DNA of 64,000 nt from Dicyema japonicum. Lineage: Eukaryota > Animalia > Dicyemida. The stretch is from assembly GCA_011109175.1 (NCBI GenBank), contig RDEW01000001.1:1254360-1318359 (forward strand). Direction: 5' to 3'. Numbering within the stretch: position 1 is the stretch's first letter; each line of letters starts with the position of its first letter. Positions 12,050 to 24,699 of the stretch are shown here, piece by piece. Under the pieces are notes generated by a model. The model was not told the DNA's origin and searched no databases. It saw only the letters and a program-made list of their open reading frames with translations. The position numbers and the translations under genes were made by a program.

Positions 12050-14110
12050 TATCAAAGTTTTTCCGACCATACGACTTGGTGACGAAAATTTCATTCTGGT
12101 CACTCAAGCCTTCAGTGGTCTCCAGTCTGGGAAATATTTGCCTCGGTTCGTCGAAGGCCTCCGTTTCCGAGAACTATTCATGATTACGACTACTAACTAC
12201 CTCAGGAGTCAACAAAATGAATATTTCGTTGGAAAATTCGAAATTCCCTATAAATTGCAAGATTTTGAAGCCATCCTCTTGATTTTTTGAAATCTAGGCA
12301 TGAGTCAACAACTACAGCAGTGAATGTCCTTCCTACATTTTTAACAAACTGGTAGTCCCGGGAATCCTCGATTACCAGGAATTCCTCAATTTGGTCAGAG
12401 TGTCAGTTTTAGATATCCTTTAATCGGAAGTGAGACTTACCTGATGATTCCCAACGACTCTGCATACTTCACCATTCTTAGACTTCCTAAATTTCTCTTA
12501 AAATCCCAGCAGTTGGCGGGCCAATTATACAAGTGGATCTCTACCATCTGCTAGTCACTCAGCAATATTTACGTTTATCGAATATTTTCTATGAAGAGGC
12601 ATTATTAGACTGCAACCAAACGCATAATTTAATATGTGGTTTTATAGCTAGAAATGACGGTTTGCTAATTACCTTAGTTGTTGGTTTTCTTATTCTTAGG
12701 CCATGGTATGGTTTGTTGTAGTTACTCGTGAAGACGACACTGGTAAACACAAATCTATGGTGCTTAGTATAATTGGAGCTGACGAATAAATTTGGTGCGG
12801 ACTCTGAGATGACCCGTGATGATGCTCTTCCGAGTGGAATGTTGGGCATGCTCATGATTCACTTCGATTCGGATTGTCACTCATCCATGGACTGAAGATT
12901 TGTATGGCACAACGTACGAACTCCACTCTTTCATTTGCAGGAGAATTTTCGGCAAGGCATTCAGGCTTCAAACAAAGTCATTAGACAAGCAATATGATGC
13001 TGCTGACTTCTTTCTGATCTCGAACCCGTCAGTCTGTATAGACGGATGGAAGACGACCTGATAAAATGACAATCTTTAAGTTTGAGGTTTAATATCCTTT
13101 AGTCTGGAAGTCGTATGTACAGAAACTGTCTCGACGAACAACCTTTTCCAAAGTGAACTTTTTCAGCTTCCGAAAAAGCCTAAAGGTTCAAGCGGATAAA
13201 GTACAAAGACCTCTTTTAAGATATCACATTTATTCCTTTCCTGGTATAAACCACTGGAATGATCGGACCTTTGCATTCTTTTTTTTCGGGCAACTGGGGA
13301 CACTAACTTCAGCTCCGTCAGGTAACATCGATAACGTTGACTGTTCCAACGTATTCCCCTCGCGGTTCGGGGAGAGAATAACCATGCAGTAAGAAATGAG
13401 GTCCTTCCAAAGCATTTGCTATGTAATTAAGAGAAACTTAGAATTCATTGACCTTGTTTTCATGAGGGGTACTCTCATCCATAAATTTAATTTATTAATT
13501 CCGGGATTCACGAGAAAAAGGATACGAGTTATCGCCTAATTAAGTGATCTCGATGTCCCTGCTTAACTTCCTCCTGCCGTTTGATTGGAAATCTTGGAAT
13601 AATCGAGAGGATTTCTTATCATATCTTGGAAGAATTCCGCATTTTTAAATGGGGCGAGAGCTGTTTGATAGAAGAAACATCAGCACCACTTTTCGACTTA
13701 GTGACTTCAGAGATATAGAAGTTGAACCTTTAATTTTGGAAATCCACTGTTCTGTCAGCCTGATGTTATTTTCTATGAGGACGTGATCTCGGAATTGGTC
13801 CAAGATATTAATGGCCCAGGAAGCACACATATGGTTCAACGTACTGATTGTAGACAGAATTCAGGACTGGATATTTTCCAATCCTCCATAATTCTGAGAC
13901 GCACATTTGATAGCTACGTCTTCGACGTGTTGTAAAATGAACATGTCCATATCAAAGATGATTCCCTAAGTGGGATTTATCCACCTTTAGCTCCACCGTC
14001 GCTAAGTTTTCTGTCAGAAGTAAATAACGCAGTGACTGATTTCAGGACTAAGTGATAGGTGGTCGTCCTCTAACCAAATGTTAAGATAGCTCTGCAACCT
14101 GATTATCGAA
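12050..14110 (-). CDS. Hypothetical multi-exon protein, head-to-head with RPS16
   Basis: Successive frames join through 19-29 nt GT-AG introns (e.g. gtggataaatcccacttag, gtcctgaattctgtctacaatcag); no family recognised. Confidence 0.5.
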
Positions 14111-14220
14111 ATGTAAAAAAATGTACCTGCAAATATTAATCATTAAAATTTTGTTATTAAATGAAATAATTAATTTTAATAAAAAATTAATAAAATTTAA
14201 ATTCATAACGTGTTTCTTTC

Positions 14221-14773
14221 ATGGTTAAATCTACTACTGAGAAAAAAAACTGCAGCGATTACGTCCAAGTCTATGGAACCAAAGTATTATTAAATGAAAA
14301 ACCACTAGAAAACTGCCAAAAGCCGTGGCCTTAGTCCGTAAAGGGCGTGGGATGATTAGAGTCAACAATAAGATACTCAACATATGGCAGCCCGCAGTTC
14401 TCTGGCCTAAAGTAGTCCTTTTGCACCAATTTTAGCTTTGGGATCCCATCTTAGCTCTCAAGGAGGACACCTTCAGTGATCTTGAAATCCGAGTTAGGGT
14501 CTCTGGCGGAGGGATAGTCTCTCAAATTTACGGTTTTTGTGTCAATTGACATTAGCTATTCGTCAAGCCATCGCTAAGGGAGTTGTGGCTTACTATGGGA
14601 AATGTGAGTTGTTTGGGATTACTTTAGATAAGGATGAGGCAAGCAAGATCGATATGGAAACTGCTCTCCTGCAGTATGATCAGTCTCTGCTTCGTTCTGA
14701 CCCAAGGAGGAGGGAATCCAAGAAATTTGGAGGTCCTGGAGCACGTGCGAGATATCAGAAATCTTATCGTTAA
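14221..14773 (+). CDS. RPS16: 40S ribosomal protein S16 (uS9); one apparent +1 indel near 14318-14321
   Basis: VQVYGTK|KTA...GGGIVSQIY|AIRQAIAK...[19 protein letters not shown]; four introns of 23-25 nt. Confidence 0.95.
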
Positions 14774-15124
14774 TTCCCGTTTCTTTGATTTAGTTCTCAG
14801 TTTATAAAATTGTCTTGTTGTTCAATTCATTAAATAATTTTGACTTAATGTTGCTTCTGTAGTGGTTGTCACCCCAGTTTGCCCACAGGAGATCACTAAA
14901 TGGTAGGATGGTGCACCAATGATGGAGATAACCTAAAACGATTTGTTGGGGAGATCGGCCAGAATTATTAAAGTAATTAAAAACACAAGATTAAGCCTTC
15001 GATCGATGCGAGTTGTCACCGTATTTTAGGAATATTGTCGACGACTTAAGGTCGACATGTGGGATTTCCAATGCCCTGAAGAGGACCTTGTGAAGGCCTT
15101 TTAAGTTGATCTTTCATTTATATT

Positions 15125-15500
15125 ATTATTAGCACTTATCGCTATGTCATAGGACTTGACAAAGCATGTGCAACACGAGTTAGCAAATCACTAGTTAATT
15201 TCATCCACTTCCTCCTATTCAAAGCCGCAGTACGTAACCAGTCAAGAGCCTCCATGCCGTCCCATTTCTTTGAAGTCCTCGTCGAGAACGACTGGCAGTG
15301 TCGTCCTTGGGTGACCACGGAAATAGGGGGCTTCCAAAATGAAGTAATCCTCCATGGCTACGTTCGCGGGGGAATCTAGGTCCAGTCGCAGAATATGGCC
15401 GAAAATACGCAATACTGTTTGTCTTATCACCCAATATCGGTTTTGATTCTCGTAGAGGAGCTTCAAGGTATATGACAAAGAGAATAGGTGATAGTGGGTC
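15125..15500 (-). mobile_element. RTE-like LINE 3' fragment
   Basis: LRIFGHILRLDLDSPANVAMEDYF...FRGHPRTTLPVVLDEDF. Confidence 0.8.
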
Positions 15501-16289
15501 TCCCTGTGGAGTGCAGCTGATCTTTTAAAACAAATTATTATGTTGTAATTCGATCAACATCTTTACTTTTCACGAGCTCCATTATAATTATATTTAAATA
15601 ATTATATTTGTTAATTAAATAATTTAAAAAAAGCTTGCTAGTGCTCATTTTATATTGATGCCATTGATACGTTATTAAACTTAAAATGTTTAGTAATCAC
15701 AAATGGCATAACATTACATTGACTCTTGTCTGTCATACATTATAAAATATCATTCTAGTACTCTTACTTGATGATACTGTGGGAAATCTTTACCAATGAA
15801 CAAATGTTAATATACCCCTTCCATCGAGTGCTTCATTTTTAGGACTATCCATGCCCTTTTAATGATTTATTATATTACATGCTGCCACGTGTAGAACTTA
15901 ATTTTTGCCTAACGATTTCCCCACATACTTGATTCCATGTGTGATCTCAACTAGGGGACGATTTTTACCGTCAGACATAATAACACTAATTATGGCCTTT
16001 CTAATCTTTTGGGATTTTCTCATCAGCTTTGTTAGCACCTATGACCCAACTATGCCTTATATGGCCTGGAAGCATATGTTGTGACTTTTCAGTTTTGCGT
16101 GTAATAATCATTATAATTCTAATTAGAGACACAAATTGTCAATTATTATTCTCTGGCACAATGTTCTCGTGATGACAGGTAAAAGTCACTTCCTGTAAGG
16201 AATATGCATCAGTCCGTGGTTTCGATTCCCCAAAGACTGCTAGTTCTAAGGATTTAATCTTTCGCTATGTTCCTTTTTCTTCCCTCCTT

Positions 16290-16490
16290 CGTTAGTGACC
16301 CTCAATGCCAGATGGCATCGAAATTTATTTTCTCTTCTTAACCATACAGGATCACTTTGGAATGCTTCCCACGGATGTGGTTCTGGATATATTTGTATGT
16401 CTGGAAGGACATACTCTTCGACTGCAAAAACTGGGGTACTAAATTAGTAGTCAACTTCTTTTTCGGTGTATCCAGGGATAATAAATTTAA
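16290..16490 (+). mobile_element. SINE-like family B, diverged copy
   Basis: Tail ttctttttcggtgtatccagggataataaa matches the reverse of 58415-58450 and 63140-63170. Confidence 0.55.
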
Positions 16491-16499
16491 AGATTCTTC

Positions 16500-17545
16500 T
16501 TGATTTAGTAGGTGATGAATTCATCCCTGTTTTGGCACTAAAATCTCTGAGGCTCTTATTGATGATGTTTTTGAGTTACAAGTTTCCGTGAGAATCGGGG
16601 GAGAGATTAACCGTACCTTCACTCCTCGTTTGCTCAACGTTCAAAAATTTACTTAGATCAACCTTCTCAGATTCGATAATTTTTATGATTTTAAAAATTC
16701 GCAAACAATGCCTGTCTATGGGTTTTAACTCAACGTCTTCTCTCCATAATCTGGAACAATGCAGAATTCAACCCAAAATTACTCAGAGATCATAAATTCC
16801 GCAAAGGAAAATGCCTTGTACCACCATTCGCTAACCGATTTTCTTGTTTTTGCTTTTTCTTCCACAAGGCAGACTTGTCAAAGTTTACCAAATTTAGTGC
16901 CATGTGTGATTCCAACACAGTTTGTCCGATCCTTCTTTAGTTCTGAAACATATATCTCATGAGTCCATCCACACGAGAAGGTGAGGAAGGTCATCTTTGG
17001 TGCACATAACTTTTCAGAGATAAATTGCCAGAATACTGATCATTCCATGGAAGTAATGCTTCGTTCAACAAGTTTCTGGGTTGTCTTCCACCAGCCTCGA
17101 TACGATTGGAATATGTGGAAAGACTTGGCTTTGACGTTCCCGTAAATAAAATATATCAGAAACCATGGGATGCTGTTCTCGCTTGTCTCCAGTATGCATG
17201 GAAACGCTCATCAACTCCCGAACCTCAAAACTTTGTTGAACAACAAGAGTCGCTTTGGAATTAATTTGCGTCTCGGATTGACGTCTCAAATCCCACACGT
17301 GTCGTTGTGTGGCCATGGTTGAAAAAAGAGGATTAGTCATGTTTGCATTTTGACCACTTCAACGCCGTTTTTTGACCAGAGGATATTGAATATATACTCA
17401 GGCCTTGAAGATCGCTTCGATTTGTCCCAATCCACTTCAATACTCTGAGCGGTCGAAAAATGGTAAAATTTGTTAACGAAATTGGGAATACTCAGACATC
17501 CTCGTAAACTGATATGGATCTTTTAGTGCCTTGGAATCTCTGTCG
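16500..17545 (-). CDS. Hypothetical multi-exon protein
   Basis: ATG near 17542 follows an AT-rich region with CCACGTG at 17591; several open frames (MNIAKDDRDSK..., KSVSEWWYKAFSFAEFMIS) with candidate short introns. Confidence 0.4.
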
Positions 17546-17689
17546 TCTTTGGCAATGTTCATTTCAAAAGTTATCTAGACATACGAAACCCACGTGTTTT
17601 ATAAAATAGGTCAATTATGTCCTTTCACCGAAAAGTAGTAATGTTTCCGCCAATCATTTCAGCTTAGGCAGAATTCACCAAAACATCGA

Positions 17690-17830
17690 GGGTGTTCTTA
17701 ACTTCTTTTTTTTGCTTGTGTGAGTCCCTGAGACAATCCGGTTCCGCAGTGATGTCATTTGTCAATCCCAGAAGCGTGGAACCTTCAATCGGAATGGAAA
17801 AGGAACAATGATTCGTTCAGAGAATTGGCC
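17690..17830 (-). mobile_element. SINE family A, partial copy
   Basis: Reverse strand gaaggttccacgc...cactgcggaaccggattgtctc. Confidence 0.65.
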
Positions 17831-18198
17831 TTGTGGTATTGAGGGGAGTTACCCTCAGTCTACTATTCTTAGTTATTTATTTAACATCCAAGACCATGGT
17901 AAAACCAAACGAATTATCATGTGATCCCGATGTGTTCCATCAGTTACCTCATCTGTGTTCCTCCCCCGTTCCCGCACATGATCGTACAGGACAGCTGACT
18001 GATTGTATGGGGCCGCATTCCCGCATTCTGGAGTCTAGTATCATAAGGGCCTCCAGAGGCGTCGGTGTTCCCCCAAATCCAAGTTGAAAACTTAACTTTT
18101 TATTTTAAAGTCATTTACAACATAAAATAATTTTTTGAATAAAATAAATTATTAGGCCGCACAAAATTTTATCGAGCATTTTTTGCGGTTTCGGTCGG

Positions 18199-18501
18199 TT
18201 ATTTAAAGGTAACTTTTTTCTCCAAGACAAGTTTTTTATCTCTGTGGACAAGCAGGGAAACCACGTGTTCATCTCTAATAAGCTTAACAATCTTTTTGTG
18301 AGTCATATTGATGGCATCTTCGCCGTTAATCATAATCAATCTGTCTTCACATTTTAATCCCCTAGTCTCGGCGAGTCCTCCGGGAGTTATTTCTTCGATA
18401 TAATGGTTGTGCTTCTCAATGGTCCTCAGCCTGAATCCAAATTCACCATCAATACTTTTTCTTGATAATTCAATTGTTATTGACTTTAATGTTGCTATCA
18501 T
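18199..18501 (-). CDS. PDZ-domain protein (NHERF/PDZK1-type PDZ)
   Basis: GEFGFRL...IEEITPGGLAETRGLKCEDRLIMING...MTHKKIVKLIR; upstream exons uncertain. Confidence 0.85.
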   Translation of the reverse strand: MIATLKSITIELSRKSIDGEFGFRLRTIEKHNHYIEEITPGGLAETRGLKCEDRLIMINGEDAINMTHKKIVKLIRDEHVVSLLVHRDKKLVLEKKVTFK

Positions 18502-18865
18502 AACTGGAATTTTATTTAAAATTTGAATCTAGTTTTTCTAAATAAAATTAATTTTCTTGTTTAGTTTTATCATTTTCATAGAGTCAGAGGTTGAAGAGAA
18601 CTTGACTACTGCTTAGGGGACCCCTTCACTTCAGTCTTTTCAGATGGGGACCTCACTCAAGGTTCACTTTTCTAGTCATACCGGATGAAAACCATAGAAG
18701 AGTCAAAGGACGCAGATGACCTCGATGAGCTATGAGCACATGATTTTCATAACGATGGATCGCTGAGGATCACACGGAAAAAGTTTTGGAAGATGGGATC
18801 ATAAAATACATTATTAGCTTTTAACACCTTATTAGTAGTGGTCTTGTAACTAAATAAGTTATTTA

Positions 18866-20234
18866 TAAGGCAACCAATCGCAATAAATTGCAATTATATA
18901 TAATTTAATAAAAGTTAGATAAATAATAAAGTAGCGAATACTAATTAATTTTAGTTATATATTTTTAATTTAAAAATTGCAATTTCTTGCAATTTTATTC
19001 ATGCTTGAAACTTTTTGCAATAATTTAAAATTAATTAAGAATAAAAAGTTAAAAAAACATGCTATAAATTTTTCTGTTATCGGTAAAAAGACTATTTCAC
19101 AGAAAATTTTTTATGCAAAAAATTCCCAAAGTTTGTTATATACGGAGAGGGGAATTTATTTTGTTCCAATTGCTCGACTGTTGTACGATGTGACACAAAA
19201 TTTTTGTTGACGCACATCGTTCTACAAAAAGACATTTGAAAGGGCACAGTATTTTTCTAAGTTTAAATTTATACAAGAGTCCAACCCATCTCCGAGTTCA
19301 CAAACATTCAGTTCCGAGATAACCGATTCTCGAAAACTTGTCTATAAATGTGACAGAAACATTTTTGGAGGCAAATATCCCAATTTACAAAATGAGACAC
19401 CCTTCTCTCGTACGCCATCCGAATGAGTCAAATATAAAAAAAATCTCAAAATGTAAAATAATACTACTCAGAATCAATTTATGTTATTTTTGAAGTTATT
19501 TAATAGTGGGGAATATATTTTTCTGGTTTATGATGAAGCTCAAGTCAACGGAACTCGCTTTTTAAAGACGCTGGGAAATGTTCTCATAAATAGGAAATCC
19601 AGTCGAAGTTGTTGTCACAAATGGGGAAGCTGGCTAAAAGCAGCCAAATATTACTCACATAATCTTCCAGAAATTATTAAAATTGTCTCTGAATTTGAAG
19701 GAGATGGAGTTTTAATCAAACATGTATCAATTTTTATTTATTTTAGGCCAAAAATCAGTTAATATTTTCACGTTGTTTTCAAGTTTAGCCAAAATCAGCT
19801 CAAACTATTTGATTTCAATTAAAATGATTTCAAATCAGCATAGAATTTTCATCAGATCGGTGCAATTTAAAAAATTATATATCAAAAAAGCTTCAAAAAT
19901 CTGAGATACTAAGTATTCTTGATTTTTCAAATAAAAATCTTTCGCCAAAAATTTACTCAGTTTCGAAATTGTTGCGGAAGCTCAGCCTCAGTTAAGAGGG
20001 AGATATCTCTTTTGACGGAAATTTATTACTAAAGATCGAAACATTAAACCTGAAAATTTGTTCATAATGTAATAAATAATTTCGTTTATTTTTCCCATAA
20101 TGCAATTTTTTAAATTGAAAAATTTGTATTTGAATAAATAATTTCGTTTATTTTTCCATAATGCAATTTTTTACAATTGAAAAATTTGTATTTGAAATTT
20201 TTATTTTGAAAATTGCACTTTTCTGGTTGCCCTA
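18866..20234 (+). mobile_element. hAT DNA transposon of the CGGBP1-related type, internally deleted
   Basis: TIRs taaggcaacca / tggttgcccta (10/11 match); 8-bp TSD gttattta / gttatttc; relic motifs LFCSNCSTVVRCDTKFFVDAHRSTKRH, FLEANIPIYKMRHP and KWGSWLKAAKYY. Confidence 0.85.
20075..20195. repeat. Tandem duplication of a ~60-bp AT-rich unit inside the hAT element
   Basis: aataaataatttcgtttattttt(c)ccataatgcaatttttt..aattgaaaaatttgtatttg occurs twice. Confidence 0.8.
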
Positions 20235-20843
20235 GTTATTTCTATCAAGGATATGACGTGTGTCTCCCATTTCCACATGACTACTTTTTCGACCCTCCAC
20301 CTTGCTCTCTATGAGTTATGACTGGAAGTCATATCAAAAAAAACATGTCGGTGACTCGTAAATGATACGACGTAGAGCTGAACAACCACATTAAATCATG
20401 GTAACCTCTGTAGAAAAATTACTTTTATCCATTCTTACAGGACCTTAAGATTATCCAAGACTCTCAGTCAACAGATGCTAACAAAATTTTTTGCTACCAC
20501 GACAGATCCACCCCCTTAGAGGTTCTTGTTAGTAAAACGTGCGTATGGTGATTTAGTAACACAAGATTAATGATTTTAACTGTGAGTTCAGTGCAAATTG
20601 GTGGAAAGTAGGCACAGTTAGTCAATGGAATAAAAATTTTAGAATGCCTAGTAAAAAGTGTGGGAACCAGGGTTTACAAGTTTGATTAGTTCCGGAAGTT
20701 TTATGGTTTGGCAAATAATATCAAATGACTTAAGGTTAATAAATAAGATTTGGACTCTGAATTTTTCCCTAGGAAGACCATGGAGCATCCCCAGACTCGA
20801 TTTAATACCACTCCAACAGTTAAAATAATTAATATATTTGTGA

Positions 20844-23129
20844 CTAAAATTTATAATCAAATGGGATGGGACTGCACGTGGGCCACGCCATGAGCTCATG
20901 CAGTCGGTTCCAAAAGTCCCTGATGGTGGTATGCTGGTCTTGTGATTGTTGACTACACCACAACAGTTTGCCAAATTGATATATCTGAATGATCAATAAG
21001 ATCAACCATAATTTGTCCCGAGGCCACGTGGTTTCGTTCGTAGAGGAGGGAGTTGTTATTGGTGCTGTACAACAGTAGGCGGAAAGGGTCTCTTCCGAAT
21101 CGCTGGCAGATCGTCTCGTTGTTGAACAGAGAAGACAAACGTCGAGTAGACTTGGCCACGTGGATTGCTGTGAACATTTTATAGACGTAGTTGTTAACCC
21201 TACATACACAAATAAGGTACTCTGATGCTGAGAGCACGAGGATACAGATGAATTGGTGGCAGTTTTCCACGTTCCTGATAAACGTGTCAAGTTCGAGGTC
21301 TGTAAGGATCGGTATCTTGCTGGGGAGGCAGTGGCAGGGATAGTACTCCCTCTCAACAAAAAGGTACGGATCTCTTGGAGACACACCGAATTCCTGATGG
21401 TTTCCCGATTCACCTCCCTGTTTTGCTGAGCTTTGTATGAAACCGTTTGTGGACGAGAATTGGCCTGTCCTAGAACTAAAGTTGGTTGGAAACTTGTCAG
21501 TCCTCGACTGACTTTCAAAATGTCCGCTGAGGAGACTCCACGGTGACTATTCTTTATCAGTTTCGCGGATTTTGGTTGATCATAGACCGTGCGCTGAACA
21601 CACGTGGGCTTGTTTACTTTCGTTGGTGTGAATCTAATTGTCTTCAACTCCAAGAAGACCCGGTAAAAATTGATCCAATTGTTCGTCGTCGTCCTGCTCG
21701 TGACAACTCGGGGGTACCTCGCTTTCTGTTCCACGATCTTCCCATAGCGGACTGTCCCAGATTGGAGAGACTCTCGTTTACTTGAGATTGAGCAAGTTGC
21801 TGAATTTTTAATTGAGTATCTTTTCCGTTCCCAAAGTCAAAGTTCACCAAGATCAACCCACGTGGGGTTATTCTCAGAGATATATTGGAAGACAGCTAAC
21901 ATTACCGCAAGGGTCACCCAAATGTTCTTCAAAGCTGGGAACTCATAGCCGTTCGTTTTGACAAATTCACTGAACGTACCTGCCTCGTTAAACAGAGCTA
22001 TGCAACTCCCAGCCATAATGGCCCTAAGGTGATCCTTCAGAAATACATAATCTTTCCATTAGGATGGAAGATGACAAATTTCTCTCCCCCATCAGCCAGA
22101 CAGAACATGGGATCTGACTTATCGTTTGTCAGAACTAATATATTCCGGTTGTAGTGACTACTCAGGGCGGCCACCTTTCCTGATTTATGACTACCGGTGA
22201 TTCAACGGAAATACAAAATCGTGACGAATCCGTCGTCGCATTCACAGTAGAACGTGTCGGGGGACATATGAAACTCCCATTTGTGGGCACTCTTCATATC
22301 AGTTGGTAGGACCGAGTGATATCTGACATTGTGGGAGTCGGAAGACTGGGTCATACTTCCACTAGTGGAATATTAAAAAAGTCCTACATTCTGCGGTTAA
22401 TGTCGTTGTTTAGCCTGATTAGTTTGCTTTTGAGTATGTGCTCAGTACCACGTTCTTCCAGTCTGACCCATCCCTTCTCGAAAAAAGTAAGATTTGACAA
22501 CTGAAACTGAATTTGTGGAAGAGCATAACACACAGTGGCTGTCTAATGAACAAATTAAACCTCGTTTGGCCGGTAAAACCGTTTTTATTGAATTTCTGGG
22601 CTTTGCGGACTGACTTGAACGTGTATCGAGGCTTAGTCGTCCAGTCTCACTCGCCGGGCCTTTCTTCTTTTTGACAGCCTGCGATTACCCACAGAAATAC
22701 GGATTTTGTGGATCCCTTGTAGTTCCAATCACTTTTCACTTCCGATATGAGGGACTGGTAATTTTTCATAAGTTCGTTGATCAAATTCTCCGGAAACATA
22801 ATTTTTTGTTTTCTGTTTTCTACCTTTTCGAGTTGTTCCCCAATTCACTGAGAATTGTGCTGGCCGCTAACTTTATGTTTTCAAATGAAGAATTCGCCAG
22901 AATTTTGTGGAAATCGGAGTTTTTGCTTCTTTTGCGTTCAAACTAGAAATTACTTGGAACTTTCTGTGGCAGTCATTAAGCCCAGCATTTCGTTTTTAGC
23001 AACATATGACTTGAATTGTCGGCTTTTGTAGGCTACTTGAAAGTCTTGGGGGAGTTTGCTTACATCTATTCTTGATGTAGGGTGTAGTGGTCCTGGATTG
23101 TCGTAAAAGAAGTAGTCCAACTTACCCAT
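20844..23129 (-). CDS. C3orf20: C3orf20/ERICH6 (FAM194-family)-like protein
   Basis: Spliced HKSGKVAAL...FVIFHPNGKI, RDPFRLLLY...NHVASGQIM|IYQFGKLLW...RDFWNRL...PIPFDYKF follows the remembered C3orf20 C-terminal pattern (PxRLLxY...MYxxGKLLF...DF...LPxDFKF). Confidence 0.65.
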
Positions 23130-23629
23130 ATCGGGTGTCGCTTAGAGACCGGTTATTTATTTTAATTGATTTTATTTCCGCAATTTTTTAAAATAATAAA
23201 TTATTTATTTGTTGAAATATTTTTAGACAAATTTATAAAAATCTCGTTTTCTTATATTTGATCCACTATTCTTCCCCGGGGGACAATGTCGGTACCTGGA
23301 GACAAGTTCTGGAACGCTAGAACGAGTCAGGATCAAGGAGTTAGTTAGTTTGGTTACCCTTGGTCTGTGGAATAATTTTATTTTTTAATTTTTTAAGTCG
23401 ATCTTCACTCGTAGCTTGCATCATGTGGTTCACCATCTCTGGTGGTCCCAGAAACCTAAATTATATCCAAAAAGGACCATTAGTCCACAACCATCCAGAG
23501 GAGTTCCTCCTGGACGGAACTTCCTTCAAGTCCGAGCATGCGAAGACTGCTGAGGGAGGCCGAAATGAACTGAATTGGCTGAGGCAGATAAAGAAGGATG
23601 CAATAAATTTTCCACAGGACACCATGGAG

Positions 23630-23810
23630 GCACATCGGAATCTATTTGGTCACTCAATCACACCAGCCAATGTCATCACGGACTACTACTTTGTAGCATC
23701 TTGGGGAGATACCACGTAAGACGCTTTCTGAAGTTCTTGACGATGATCTAAAACCCGTAAAAGATAGGATGGATGACTAAGATCTTGGTGATCTGAAGAG
23801 TCCAACATAA
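23630..23810 (+). mobile_element. RTE-like LINE 3' fragment abutting repeat X copy 2
   Basis: HRNLFGHSITPANVITDYYF...PRKTLSEVLDDDL. Confidence 0.6.
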
Positions 23811-24223
23811 CATAGAGGAGAATTTAAGATCATGTTTATTGTTAAAAATATTAATAAGGTTTTTGAAGACCAATTCATATCCATGGATCCAGGTATTACT
23901 CTTCCTGAATAAATTATCTGGCTTGGGTCTCCTGGTCTTTTGAGAAATTCACGGAAGCCACGCAATTGTAGCTGGGTACTTCCAGTCTCCTATCTGTTAG
24001 GGCTGCTGAAGTGATTAACCAAGGTTCTTGGCAGTAATACTGAGGACGCATAGGAAGAACAAAACAAGAATGACCCGTATTCAGATTTTGAGATTAATGG
24101 ATGGTAATAATACTATGGCACGTGTGGCACAACAGGTTTAGACAGTGGATTGGTCCCCTATATGTTCCTAATGAGGTGGCGTACGAGCATTCATCAATAA
24201 AGAAATCATTTTAATCAAAAATA

Positions 24224-24577
24224 TTATGGAATTTCAGGCGTAATTTTGGCGCCTGGGGAATTTTTGTTAGTTTTTTTCAATTTTCTAAATATTATGACCA
24301 CAACGTAAAATATTCTTTTGAGTTTTCCAAACGATGTGGACTTTTTGTCTGGACTTTCCTCCTCATCTTCAATTCCAATTTTGACCCTCGTCCTTGGGGG
24401 CAGCACCAGTTCGCATTTTTTCGCAATCAGCCAGTCCTGGTAGCTGCTTTGCTTCGCTGAGTATTTAAGAGCACGTTTCTTTTCGAAGCTGAAAACATAT
24501 GATTTACGCTTATTAGTGAACTCCATGTCCGAGTCAGACTCATTAGTAAACGACATTGCTAAACTGCCCACGAGCAT
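24224..24577 (-). CDS. Hypothetical basic protein
   Basis: 117-aa ORF just downstream of CCCACGTGG at 24623; no homology recognised. Confidence 0.35.
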   Translation of the reverse strand: MLVGSLAMSFTNESDSDMEFTNKRKSYVFSFEKKRALKYSAKQSSYQDWLIAKKCELVLPPRTRVKIGIEDEEESPDKKSTSFGKLKRIFYVVVIIFRKLKKTNKNSPGAKITPEIP

Positions 24578-24699
24578 TAATATGAATACTATTAATTATG
24601 TAATCGATAACAATAATATACCCACGTGGTTATATTAACAATTAGGCTATTAGTTTGGCTTGTGCAAGTCAGTTTATTGCCTGACTGCCGAATATTACG

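Noticed and set aside
20075-20195. CRISPR-like direct repeats
   Set aside because: Two adjacent AT-rich units with no spacers, inside a eukaryotic hAT element; no cas genes.
20844-21734. 296-aa ORF as a single protein
   Set aside because: Only its last ~45 codons are in the homologous frame; the real gene changes frame across micro-introns.
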